Shown here: piece by piece, positions 48,701 through 55,830 of the stretch | Position numbering within the stretch: position 1 is the first letter of the stretch | How the letters are laid out: each line of letters starts with the position of its first letter | Source: a virus | Taxonomy: Duplodnaviria; Caudoviricetes | Length of the DNA stretch: 55,830 nt | IMG/VR virus record: IMGVR_UViG_3300020438_000050 | Location: 1 to 55,830 of that record | Strand: one strand, 5' to 3' | Made by a program: the position numbers and the translations under genes | Notes under the pieces: model-generated | Seen by the model: only the letters and a program-made list of their open reading frames with translations | Told to the model about the DNA's origin: nothing | The model's database searches: none

Positions 48701-49087
48701 TGTGCCATTAGGTCTTAACTCTAACGGTGAGTTAGACACTGTAGTTTTAATCTGATTGTTTATTAACTCTAAGTCATCTACGTGTAATTTATTTTGATAT
48801 ACAACACTGTTAGTTGCTGATGTTCCAAGTGTTAATATATCTTGTGTAGTAGATATTCCTGCATCGGAAATAGTAATATCTCCTAGTGTTGCAGAATTTG
48901 TAACGTTGAGTGTGGGTGTTCTGGTTGTGCCAGTAACATCTAAATCATATTGAGGCGCTGCATTGTTAATACCAATACGGCTGTTATTAACATCTAGATA
49001 TAATAAGTCGTTCTCAAATGCAAGATTTACTCCTTCACGAAGTAAGTTTGCCTTTAAGAGCGGTCCACTAATTCGACCAATAGCCAT
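45752..49087 (-). CDS. Tail fibre/baseplate protein with LamG (concanavalin-like) domain
   Basis: GTGDFTVEGFFY...WYHVAVSR...IFVNG...GNIDEVRITKG; LPTGNTASRP...GMIRYNT...FEGY repeats; paralogue of 49246-51705. Confidence 0.78.
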   Translation of the reverse strand: MAIGRISGPLLKANLLREGVNLAFENDLLYLDVNNSRIGINNAAPQYDLDVTGTTRTPTLNVTNSATLGDITISDAGISTTQDILTLGTSATNSVVYQNKLHVDDLELINNQIKTTVSNSPLELRPNGTGTVEVYANTNVYGDINATGSITADGNITIGDADTDNVTFNAEIASDIIPDITDTYALGSNPDTAGKQWNEVYSSTVYAGTVQADEIAIDGIDLNLRQGNIFYVAENGNDVNTGTHPNDPYASISQALTQATDGDTVHIYPGTYQEVFPMTIPAGVTVKGHSMRGVNITPTAITQNNDAFYLNGESTVEDLTIKDFFTGYAFKFATGFTVTSRSPYVRNVSVITAGSTTTGSDPRGFDSGDAGKGAYLDGAVATSGSREAGCLFHSVTFITPGVDALTITNGVRVEWLNCFTYFANKGLYAVDGATGLKGTGKTAVRVDGLVGTIAPSQTFSYYDTDGTTLLASGTVDSVDADNKFYVNGNLSALQVATERSGKTVTRYQNPVTDTAIKKFGTSSLILDGTEDYVGVASNNDFGFGTGDFTVEGFFYFDTVTGVRSLFDFRSGADTDVGLYLNVDAGVPKVYINGATVLTGSTTLTTSTWYHVAVSRTGTTMKIFVNGTEEATGTVSTDLATAKPFLIGTKWNASAEFLDGNIDEVRITKGLGRYTSSFGAVSSAFVSDTNTVLLLHFNNADDSSETITDDATQSQDLRFSGGATANFVTLADKTDFGGEVRSIASANVYGNYGAYGDGSGILMYLISQNFAYIGTGKEVTNDTTAVVQSQEVTELNNAKIRYSSVDHKGDFRVGDLFHVNQEDGTVDFTSSEFNIDTTSGLTITTGSSTTTLTGTEIDTGNLRLSGNTLSSLSGDINLNSASGNIKVTSTGSLQLPTGNTASRPTPANGMIRYNTDTNLFEGYNGNWTALNGVYDLDQDTYITPELTPGANDDTIRMYVSGAERLSINATTLETPRIDVDDIYIDGNVVGITTADTNLTLSANGTGAVAFDNVSFKDSTITNTLADSPLLFQQTGSGYFKIEGTNGFVVPVGSNTERPAAAYRETGMVRFNTQQAYLEIYDGTTWVSVAGTSGSISYSAAEELAIEYVILLG

Positions 49088-49197
49088 CTCTTCTCCTCAA
49101 TACGGGGATCCTGTCCCTCTAGCCGAATTCTCACCCTTACGGTTCTTTGCTGGCTAACCACAGTCTGACCCTGCAACGGTTGGTCGACTATTGCATT
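49088..49197 (-). ncRNA. Candidate structured (pseudoknotted) 5' leader
   Basis: GC-enriched 110 nt between GATAAATA (49203-49210) and ATG 49087, with several hand-found helices. Confidence 0.5.
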
Positions 49198-49245
49198 AAT
49201 AATATTTATCAAAAATTAAGTATTATGGGGTGTTAGGTTATAATT

Positions 49246-51705
49246 TTAGCCCAAAACCATTATGTAAAGATCTACTAAATCTCTAATAGTTTGGTCGTTG
49301 ACTGTGCCATCTTCACCAGCAGATCTTTGCCAATCTTCACCGTTGTATGTTTCAAGATAAGCTTCATCTGTATTCCAGCGGGTTTCACCTAAAGTAGGAG
49401 TTGGAGTTTGTGATGCAGTATTGCCAAAAGGAACAACTAGTCCAGTAGTACTGTCAAATTTTACATATCCTAATCCTGTGCTTTCGACTATTACATTATT
49501 ATTAGAAGTATTTTCTATAGTTGCATTTTTAATAGTTAAATCATCTAAAACTAATTTGCCTGTTCCGTTTGAGCGTAAGTCTAAATCACTATTGCTATCA
49601 GTTGTTGTAATTAGATTATTACTAAACATAATATCACCACTAGATAAGCTATTTAAAGATAATGTTGTGCTATCTAATGTAGCTTGCAATACATTATTAG
49701 ATCTAAACAAAATAGAATTATTAGTAGGATGTGCATCAACACTAGTTTGTCTGTCGTCGCTGTAAATGCCACCGAAGCTTATATTTCCAGTTGCAGCATA
49801 TCCTTCAAATAATGAGGAATCGGTATTATACCTTACTGATCCTGTTACATCTGTTCTATCAATATCTGGACCGTTACTAAGAACTAAACCAGGATTAGTA
49901 CTTAAATTTAAAATACCTGTAGTAGGTTTTATTTCTAATTCGCTATCAGTAGTTGTTACAGTATTTCCTGTTAATCTAATACTGCCTGTGTCTATACGTA
50001 ATCCATCTAGGTATGTTACATCAAAATTATCTCTAATTTGTATTTGGCTAAGTCCAGAAAAGTTTGCACTATCAATTGCTAAACTTGTAGAGCCAGTATC
50101 ATAATCTGCAAAAAATGAATCGCCTACTTTAAATTTTCCTGTAGCATCAGTACTTACATTATATATTTTTCCTAAATTTAATTCAGTAATTTCATTTGCT
50201 TCAACAGTTAATGTTTTATCATTAGTTACATCTTTGCCTGTGCCAATATACGCAAAGTTATGACCAATAAGATACATAAGAGTATCAGTACCGTTTGCCT
50301 CTGCTCCTTTGTTACCGTATACACTTGCTGAACCAATTGATCTTATTTCTGCTCCAAACGTTGTACCATCATTTGCTTTGCCTAGTGTTCCTTGTAGTGC
50401 ATGTAATCCGATATTAGCAAAATAAGTAAACGAATTTAACCATTCTACTCTAACACCATTTGTCATTGTTATAGCGTCTACGCCCGGAGTAATAAATGTT
50501 GCAGCATGAAATAGCATACTAGGATTTGTTGTTGCAGCGTTTACTACTGAGCCGTCTATTAATGCTCCTTTGCCTGCATCGCCTTGCGCAAATCCCCTTG
50601 GGTCACTTGCACTTGTCACACTTCCTTTTGTAATAACTGTAATGTTTTGTATGTAAGGTGATCTATCTGTAATAATTGCATCAGCTGCAAAAGTAAATGC
50701 ATAGCCTGGGCTATAAAAATCTTTGATCGTAACATCAGTTACCATACAATTTTGATTCAACTCAAATGCGTTGTTTGTATTAGTTGCAGCTGTTGGTTTA
50801 ATTATTACATTTCTTAAATCATGTCCTCTAATTGTTACTCTTTCTGGTACAACTAACGGAAATATTTCTTCATACTCACCTGGATAAATGTGTATTGTTA
50901 CAGGGCCTCCGGAACTTGCATCAACTTGTGACAATGCATGTGCCAAAGTTCTAAAAGCTCCGTGCTGATGATCACCTACGTTTGTATTATTGCCTAGCGT
51001 ACTTACATAGAATATGTTTCCGGATCGTGCTTGTAAATCTCCACCGCTTGTCATTACAATTCTGTCAGAATAAATTATATCACTGTACAAACTTTTAGTA
51101 TACGTTTCTAACCATTTTTTAGTACTACTACCTAATTTGCTAGTATTTCCTACATCAGGAATTAAATCACTATTTAGATCGGCTTCAAAAGTAACATCAT
51201 CCTCGTCGCTGTCGCCTAATGTTAGGTTACCTCCAAAAACAATATTTCCTGTAGAGTGTAGAGCGCCGGTTATATCCCAATCAGAATATATATCAACAGT
51301 TCCTGCTCCAGCAGGGCGTAATTCTATATTTGTATTTGTTGTCCTAGTGCTTATTGTATTATAATCTAGAAGTAAATTATCAGTTGCTATAGATGTTGCT
51401 TCTATTGTTTGTCCTGCTGTTAAAGACATGTTTGAACCGGTAAAATAGTTTATAGCACTATTTGCAATATCAAATGTATCTATACTTGTTGTTGTTGAAA
51501 TTAAATCTGTAGATTGAAGATCTGTTGGTAATTCTAAATCAAAATCAGGCGCATCATTATTTACGCCAATGCGCATATTGTTTACATCTAAGTGCAAGAT
51601 AGGGACATCTGACACTTGATTTTTAAAGTTTAAGTCGTGTCCGTTGCGTAATAAGTTATCTTTAAGTACGCCGCCACCTATACGGCCTGTTTGTGGTTCT
51701 GGCAT
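49246..51705 (-). CDS. Tail fibre/baseplate protein, paralogue of 45752-49087 without LamG
   Basis: GRIGGGVLKDNLLR vs GRISGPLLKANLLR; shared SPY, DPRGF..GDAGKGA, NGVRVEWLN.FTYFAN, RSI.SA.VYGN. Confidence 0.78.
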   Translation of the reverse strand: MPEPQTGRIGGGVLKDNLLRNGHDLNFKNQVSDVPILHLDVNNMRIGVNNDAPDFDLELPTDLQSTDLISTTTSIDTFDIANSAINYFTGSNMSLTAGQTIEATSIATDNLLLDYNTISTRTTNTNIELRPAGAGTVDIYSDWDITGALHSTGNIVFGGNLTLGDSDEDDVTFEADLNSDLIPDVGNTSKLGSSTKKWLETYTKSLYSDIIYSDRIVMTSGGDLQARSGNIFYVSTLGNNTNVGDHQHGAFRTLAHALSQVDASSGGPVTIHIYPGEYEEIFPLVVPERVTIRGHDLRNVIIKPTAATNTNNAFELNQNCMVTDVTIKDFYSPGYAFTFAADAIITDRSPYIQNITVITKGSVTSASDPRGFAQGDAGKGALIDGSVVNAATTNPSMLFHAATFITPGVDAITMTNGVRVEWLNSFTYFANIGLHALQGTLGKANDGTTFGAEIRSIGSASVYGNKGAEANGTDTLMYLIGHNFAYIGTGKDVTNDKTLTVEANEITELNLGKIYNVSTDATGKFKVGDSFFADYDTGSTSLAIDSANFSGLSQIQIRDNFDVTYLDGLRIDTGSIRLTGNTVTTTDSELEIKPTTGILNLSTNPGLVLSNGPDIDRTDVTGSVRYNTDSSLFEGYAATGNISFGGIYSDDRQTSVDAHPTNNSILFRSNNVLQATLDSTTLSLNSLSSGDIMFSNNLITTTDSNSDLDLRSNGTGKLVLDDLTIKNATIENTSNNNVIVESTGLGYVKFDSTTGLVVPFGNTASQTPTPTLGETRWNTDEAYLETYNGEDWQRSAGEDGTVNDQTIRDLVDLYIMVLG

Positions 51706-51727
51706 CTAGTATCTCCTGATACTGTAT

Positions 51728-52288
51728 TTATTTGTCTAGGTTGTGAATTACAGTTACAGGTTTACTAAAAGGTACTGGACTTGTAAATTCAATCCACCAA
51801 CCGGTGTCAACTTCCGTATATGGATTATTTGGCCCTGTTGCATTTACTTGTGTAGTTTGCTTTAAAGTATAGTTAGTTGTAGGAATTTGTATAACATTTT
51901 CTACTAAAACTAAAATATGTTCTGCAGCGTGGGGCGGAGCAAAATCTGTGTCGCCGCTATTTACTTCTCCAAATACAGTTTCAGTGCCGTCTCCAGTTCC
52001 TAAATTTTGCCAAATTATACCAGGATCTTGGTTAGGTTCTTTGAATCTTATTTCTCTCCATGCGCCATTTTGATATACTTCTAATTGATTATCGCTTGTA
52101 TTATATCTTACTTGTCCGTTTGCAGAAGCAGTAATAATTCCAGCTTGTCCTGGACGCTGTGCTAACGTACCTGATGGTACTTTCATCGCACGTTGACTAT
52201 CCACAATAACTTGATCATCAATATCGTATTTTACGCCTTTACCAGCAATACTTCTCAAATTAGTTGTTTGTGCTTTTATTAATCGCAT
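51728..52288 (-). CDS. Structural protein (fibre/baseplate module)
   Basis: VPSGTLAQRP...GQVRYNT...LEVY motif, GDGTETVF, LVLVENVIQIP. Confidence 0.65.
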   Translation of the reverse strand: MRLIKAQTTNLRSIAGKGVKYDIDDQVIVDSQRAMKVPSGTLAQRPGQAGIITASANGQVRYNTSDNQLEVYQNGAWREIRFKEPNQDPGIIWQNLGTGDGTETVFGEVNSGDTDFAPPHAAEHILVLVENVIQIPTTNYTLKQTTQVNATGPNNPYTEVDTGWWIEFTSPVPFSKPVTVIHNLDK

Positions 52289-52653
52289 TATACTTCCATA
52301 TAGCTCACTGTTGCAGCTAAGTTAGTGTCACCGCCCCCTGCATCAGGAGTTGATGTAAATGATATTTTATCGCCTTGTTCTAATATAATTCTTTCACTAT
52401 CAAAAGTAAATGTTTCCATTGCAGGCAATGTTAAATCTTTTATTACTATTGTTTTTTGTATATCAAGTGGATCACCTGATGGAATTAAATGCATCGAAAA
52501 CGTTGCATCATCAGTTGCATGACTATTGCAAACTAAAATATTGGTAATTGCGTATGTTTTTCCAGTTGGTACTGCTCCTACAGGAGTTCCTGTTCCATCT
52601 GGATCAAGTATATCTACTGGAGTTGTTTTTAATCTTGCATTTACTATTGCCAT
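52288..52653 (-). CDS. Small fibre-adaptor-like protein (paralogue 3)
   Basis: YAITNILVCN...LPAMETF...ERIILEQGDKI...TVSYMEV. Confidence 0.6.
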   Translation of the reverse strand: MAIVNARLKTTPVDILDPDGTGTPVGAVPTGKTYAITNILVCNSHATDDATFSMHLIPSGDPLDIQKTIVIKDLTLPAMETFTFDSERIILEQGDKISFTSTPDAGGGDTNLAATVSYMEV

Positions 52654-52662
52654 TTTATATCC

Positions 52663-53622
52663 TTAAAATAACATTCCAAAAAGGAGTGCTCTATTTTTAC
52701 TTACTAATTCATCTCTAGTTTGATTTTCATTTACGAAATACAATCCAGATTTTCCTGTATATTCATCTCCAACATATAATCTAAGCCCGTCAGTTGGTAC
52801 ACTAGGTGTATATCCTCCAGCCTTTTTATTAATAGACAAAACGTCATCAATTCTTACAGACCCGTCACCCCATGCTTTAAGTGTTAAATCATCGTCGCCC
52901 GTTGACATAGTTTCAATAACTGTGTCTGTAATTCTTACTTTATCAAATTCCCAACCGTCTGCAAATACCTGTGCAACAATTACATCATCAATTCTAAATG
53001 TTATCTGACTGTCTGCACCAGAAGTTTCAAAGTCGCTTACTACTACGCCTGACGGTGTAAGGACACCATCACCGATTTGAGGAAGTAATACAGTTGCAAA
53101 TGCAGTAGTAATTGCATCGTCTACGTATTTCTTGTTTGGCATATGATTAGGACTTGTAACTCTGTTTTCATATTGCGATGAGGTTCCTACAGTTACTACA
53201 CCGGAATTTGAATTAATAAGTGTAAGATTTGTTCCGCTTGAATTAATATGATTTGTTGCTATACCTACAAAGTCCCCACCGTCGTGTCTTGCTCTCCATA
53301 AACCTCTTCCATTTACTGGGTCAGTTGTATCGTCATGATATGCCCAATATACGTCATTTCCGCTAGATCCGTCTGAAATTGTTCTATCAATTTGTATACC
53401 AGCAGAGTTAAGAGTAACACTACCTGAAGTTTCACCTGCATTTAAAACTAAAATATTGTCATTAATAGTTGATATTGTAGATTCTATTGTTGTAGTTGTA
53501 CCAAGTACTTTTAAGTTACCAGAAACTTGTACTAACCCTGTTGACCCTGGGTCCAAAGTAATTTGTCCCGGTGATCCAGTTTTAATAGTGTAATTTCCGT
53601 CAGTTTTTACATACTTGGCCAT
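52663..53622 (-). CDS. Tail fibre-like structural protein
   Basis: VSGNLKVLGTTTTIEST...DNILVLN...AGIQIDR fibre motif, NKKYVD, hydrophobic C-terminus ALLFGMLF. Confidence 0.7.
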   Translation of the reverse strand: MAKYVKTDGNYTIKTGSPGQITLDPGSTGLVQVSGNLKVLGTTTTIESTISTINDNILVLNAGETSGSVTLNSAGIQIDRTISDGSSGNDVYWAYHDDTTDPVNGRGLWRARHDGGDFVGIATNHINSSGTNLTLINSNSGVVTVGTSSQYENRVTSPNHMPNKKYVDDAITTAFATVLLPQIGDGVLTPSGVVVSDFETSGADSQITFRIDDVIVAQVFADGWEFDKVRITDTVIETMSTGDDDLTLKAWGDGSVRIDDVLSINKKAGGYTPSVPTDGLRLYVGDEYTGKSGLYFVNENQTRDELVSKNRALLFGMLF

Positions 53623-53640
53623 TATTAATCCTTAATAAAT

Positions 53641-53663
53641 TATGGGGAGAACAAACTCCCCAT
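53641..53663 (-). terminator. Hairpin after 53674-54135 (terminator or stabiliser)
   Basis: TATGGGGAG / CTCCCCATA 9-bp inverted repeat. Confidence 0.6.
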
Positions 53664-53673
53664 AACTATATGC

Positions 53674-54135
53674 TTATGCGTCTTCTGTGAAGTCTGTATC
53701 GTCTGCACCGACTAATGTGTTGTCGTCGCCTGCTTCTTCAACTTGTGCTGCGCCATCTGCTGTAGATGTACTAAAGTTCCATGCTACACTTTTTCCGTCA
53801 AATGCGTTTGCACCTGTTCCACTTGGAGCAGATAAAGTTGCTTTACGTCCAGCAATTTTACTTACTGTGTATGTTTCACCGTCATCCATTTTGAATGCAA
53901 TAGCCATTTCACCTTCTGCTAGTGCTGCTGGCAATTTGCCAGTTGTTAGCGTACAAGTAAATAATCCAGCTGTGCCAATTTCTTCACATACGAATCTTTT
54001 TGATCCTTTTTGCTTTACAATATAACCTTCTTTGACTGCTGTGCCGTTGTGAAAGTTTACTTTAATTTCGTTGCCGCCGGCTGTAGGTCCTACGCCTGCT
54101 TTTCCGAATAATCTTTTGTTTAGTGGTCTTCCCAT
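53674..54135 (-). CDS. Hypothetical, probably abundant virion protein
   Basis: 153 aa, SD AGGAG, own late promoter (54230-54237) and 3' hairpin. Confidence 0.65.
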   Translation of the reverse strand: MGRPLNKRLFGKAGVGPTAGGNEIKVNFHNGTAVKEGYIVKQKGSKRFVCEEIGTAGLFTCTLTTGKLPAALAEGEMAIAFKMDDGETYTVSKIAGRKATLSAPSGTGANAFDGKSVAWNFSTSTADGAAQVEEAGDDNTLVGADDTDFTEDA

Positions 54136-54149
54136 TTTGTTTCTCCTAT

Positions 54150-54225
54150 TTTAGAAGTCCGATGCACGTTCTAGGTGCTACGCTGTGGTGCAGCATAAGT
54201 CCGCCTTGCGGCACACTATCTGACA
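54150..54225 (-). ncRNA. Candidate four-way-junction plus pseudoknot 5' leader
   Basis: Four contiguous helices found by hand, one with a GCAA tetraloop; loop TAGAA is complementary to the downstream TTCTA. Confidence 0.55.
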
Positions 54226-54243
54226 ATAGTATTTATCACAAAC

Positions 54244-54277
54244 AAAAAAAGCCCGACACAATTAAGTATCGAGCTTT
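54244..54277 (-). terminator. Rho-independent terminator
   Basis: Minus strand AAAGCTCGA...TCGGGCTTT running into a T7 tract. Confidence 0.7.
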
Positions 54278-54490
54278 TAATAATAATGTGATAGGTTGGA
54301 ATTTGAGAATACCAACAACCTCCTAGTAGCTCTCGCCATATTCGGAGGAGCCTAGCATCGGATAGTTACTTCCAAAAACATATCTTTGTATCTCTACACT
54401 CATATGTTGCCACTACAGCTACTAGCCAAGTTGTGTCACTACGCAACACCGTTCCTTGCACTATCTAACTTAGGCCGTCGCCTAACTTAT
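54250..54490 (-). ncRNA. Candidate stand-alone structured RNA (~240 nt)
   Basis: Region without a long ORF, bounded by a sigma70-like promoter and a terminator, containing many helices. Confidence 0.55.
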
Positions 54491-54496
54491 GTATTA

Positions 54497-54524
54497 ACTA
54501 TAACATCATTACAAACAATGTCAA
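54497..54524 (-). promoter_or_regulatory. Sigma70-like promoter
   Basis: TTGACA-16 nt-TATAGT with TGn extended -10; the -35 box overlaps the upstream TGA stop. Confidence 0.65.
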
Positions 54525-55234
54525 CCACTTTTTTTACTTTTTAATCCTTTTTTCCAACCGTTAGTAATAGATTGTGGAAATATTTTTATAGGATGTTGTC
54601 TATCATCTGCATTAATATCGTCTGACTTAGAAAATTTAGACGTTGATATTCTTTCTAAGCACACCGCTTGGGGAGGTTCGCAAACATAAAGCGGAAGTGC
54701 AGTCGGAACCATCATCATTAAATATTGATCTAACCCTTTCTCTATTCCAGTACGTAATGTATCATTCCATAACCACTCAGCAGATTGAGGAGTAATTGCA
54801 TAAGCATGACATCCAATAGATCTTTTTATACGCACAAGATCACTTGCCGGTGCTGGCGGATTGTAGTCTTCTATATTTTTTACACGATGACCAAATGTAA
54901 CCACTGACATATTAGGAATATGTATATCTTTTACATTACCTTTGACAATAGCATCGTGTTCTAGTATAATGCAGGGTTTGCCAATTTCAATAATACGTTT
55001 CCAACACTTAATATGAGATGCATGAGCACAGCAATTTCCCATCCTATTCACATATGTCTTTTGTTTTTTTGCTCCTACTGCCTTAAAAGCTTCTCTAGGT
55101 TGTAAAAATTCTATAGCTTCCATATATTCATATTCAAGGTTTTGATCATCACAAGACCTTGCACACATATCTGCATACTCGACGGATATAGGAACCTGTA
55201 GCCTACGTATAATAATAGCTCTATCTATTTTCAT
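54521..55234 (-). CDS. Glycosyltransferase family 25-like
   Basis: CAHASHIKCWKRII...IILEHDA...GCHAYAITPQSA...LDQYL. Confidence 0.75.
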   Translation of the reverse strand: MKIDRAIIIRRLQVPISVEYADMCARSCDDQNLEYEYMEAIEFLQPREAFKAVGAKKQKTYVNRMGNCCAHASHIKCWKRIIEIGKPCIILEHDAIVKGNVKDIHIPNMSVVTFGHRVKNIEDYNPPAPASDLVRIKRSIGCHAYAITPQSAEWLWNDTLRTGIEKGLDQYLMMMVPTALPLYVCEPPQAVCLERISTSKFSKSDDINADDRQHPIKIFPQSITNGWKKGLKSKKSG

Positions 55235-55245
55235 TACGAAAATAT

Positions 55246-55737
55246 TTAGTTATTAGTTAAAGGATTATCTAGTGCCTCTTGTATTTGATCTCCAAGTTTC
55301 TTCTCTAACTTTTGCATTGCAGCATCAATACGATCCTCAGTTTCTCGCATCCTATCTCTAGTATCTTTCTCTGATTCTCTGCTTACAATTTCAACTTCAC
55401 GTAATGTATCGTCTATAGAATCTTGCGTTGTTTTAACAATTTTCTCAACTCTATCAACTTGTGTTTCGATACCTTGAATATCTCTTTTTAGATCAAGTTT
55501 TATTGTGCGTGTATTATCTACAGCATTTACAACTTGTTCTTCCATAACACTAATGCGCTCGTTGATACCGCTTAGGTCTGGAGCAACATACTCTGATATT
55601 TGCTCCTTCATATTACGGTAGTCGTTATAAAATTCAAATGCTCCCCATGCTACTCCACCTAGTGTACTAAGTGCAGTTATTACAGCAAACATTTTGCCCC
55701 CGGTGAACTTAACTCCACCTACTTCTACTTCAGCCAT
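55246..55737 (-). CDS. Membrane-anchored coiled-coil protein
   Basis: Hydrophobic MFAVITALSTLGGVAWGAF followed by a long heptad-rich region. Confidence 0.65.
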   Translation of the reverse strand: MAEVEVGGVKFTGGKMFAVITALSTLGGVAWGAFEFYNDYRNMKEQISEYVAPDLSGINERISVMEEQVVNAVDNTRTIKLDLKRDIQGIETQVDRVEKIVKTTQDSIDDTLREVEIVSRESEKDTRDRMRETEDRIDAAMQKLEKKLGDQIQEALDNPLTNN

Positions 55738-55830
55738 TTACTTCTCCCCATACTGCTGACGTACCATAGCGCGATGTTTTACATCGCTGGCACCATTAAA
55801 AAATCTTTGATTTGGATTATCATAGTTTTG
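55738..55830 (-). CDS. 3' end of a hypothetical protein (partial)
   Basis: Minus frame reads QNYDNPNQRFFNGASDVKHRAMVRQQYGEK-stop, abutting the next ATG. Confidence 0.55.
   Translation of the reverse strand, partial: QNYDNPNQRFFNGASDVKHRAMVRQQYGEK

Noticed and set aside
35286-50457. Short identical DNA stretches (about 22-23 nt) between paralogous fibre genes, considered as DGR template/variable repeats or shufflon sites
   Set aside because: They coincide with conserved protein motifs, the differences are mostly synonymous rather than adenine-specific, and no reverse transcriptase or recombinase is in the window.
19683-54025. Many 60-175 aa plus-strand ORFs inside the large minus-strand structural genes
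   Set aside because: Typical stop-poor antisense frames of Gly/Thr/Val-rich genes; no motifs or translation signals.
54287-54320. TCAAATTCC resembling a tRNA/tmRNA T-loop
   Set aside because: No GTTC, no cloverleaf or acceptor stem, no CCA end.
54375-54400. GTAGAGATACA / AAGATATGTT resembling group I intron R and S elements
   Set aside because: The two are adjacent with no room for P8, no P/Q elements were found and no gene is interrupted.
1-55830. CRISPR array, tRNA genes, IS elements, integrase
   Set aside because: No regularly spaced repeats, cloverleafs, transposase or recombinase motifs were seen by eye; a tRNAscan/CRISPR scan was not run.
1-55830. Alternative genetic code (stop-codon reassignment)
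   Set aside because: Genes are full length and densely packed under the standard code; TAA, TAG and TGA all end genes.

Overview
55.8 kb, AT-rich fragment of a large T4-like myophage genome: the morphogenesis region, with no host-chromosome genes recognisable. It holds the terminase, head completion, tail tube, a very large tail sheath and neck genes, a dNMP kinase and a Nudix hydrolase, followed by about 35 kb of modular tail-fibre/baseplate genes. Embedded in it are an ADP-heptose operon (hldE, hldD, a cupin, gmhB; no gmhA in the window) behind a consensus sigma70 promoter, an island of 2OG-Fe(II) oxygenase-like genes, a CmcH/NodU carbamoyltransferase, a GT9-like transferase and a GT25-like transferase. 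Together these suggest a phage-encoded heptosylation/carbamoylation system. A T4-late-like motif, mostly (G/T/C/A)ATAAATA, precedes many structural genes and often lies only 4-5 nt before ATG, implying leaderless mRNAs. Non-coding signals include a candidate stand-alone ~240-nt structured RNA, two pseudoknotted 5' leaders and an RBS-sequestering hairpin with a promoter-like motif in its loop. All calls come from motif recognition and manual base-pairing; no searches or folding were run.
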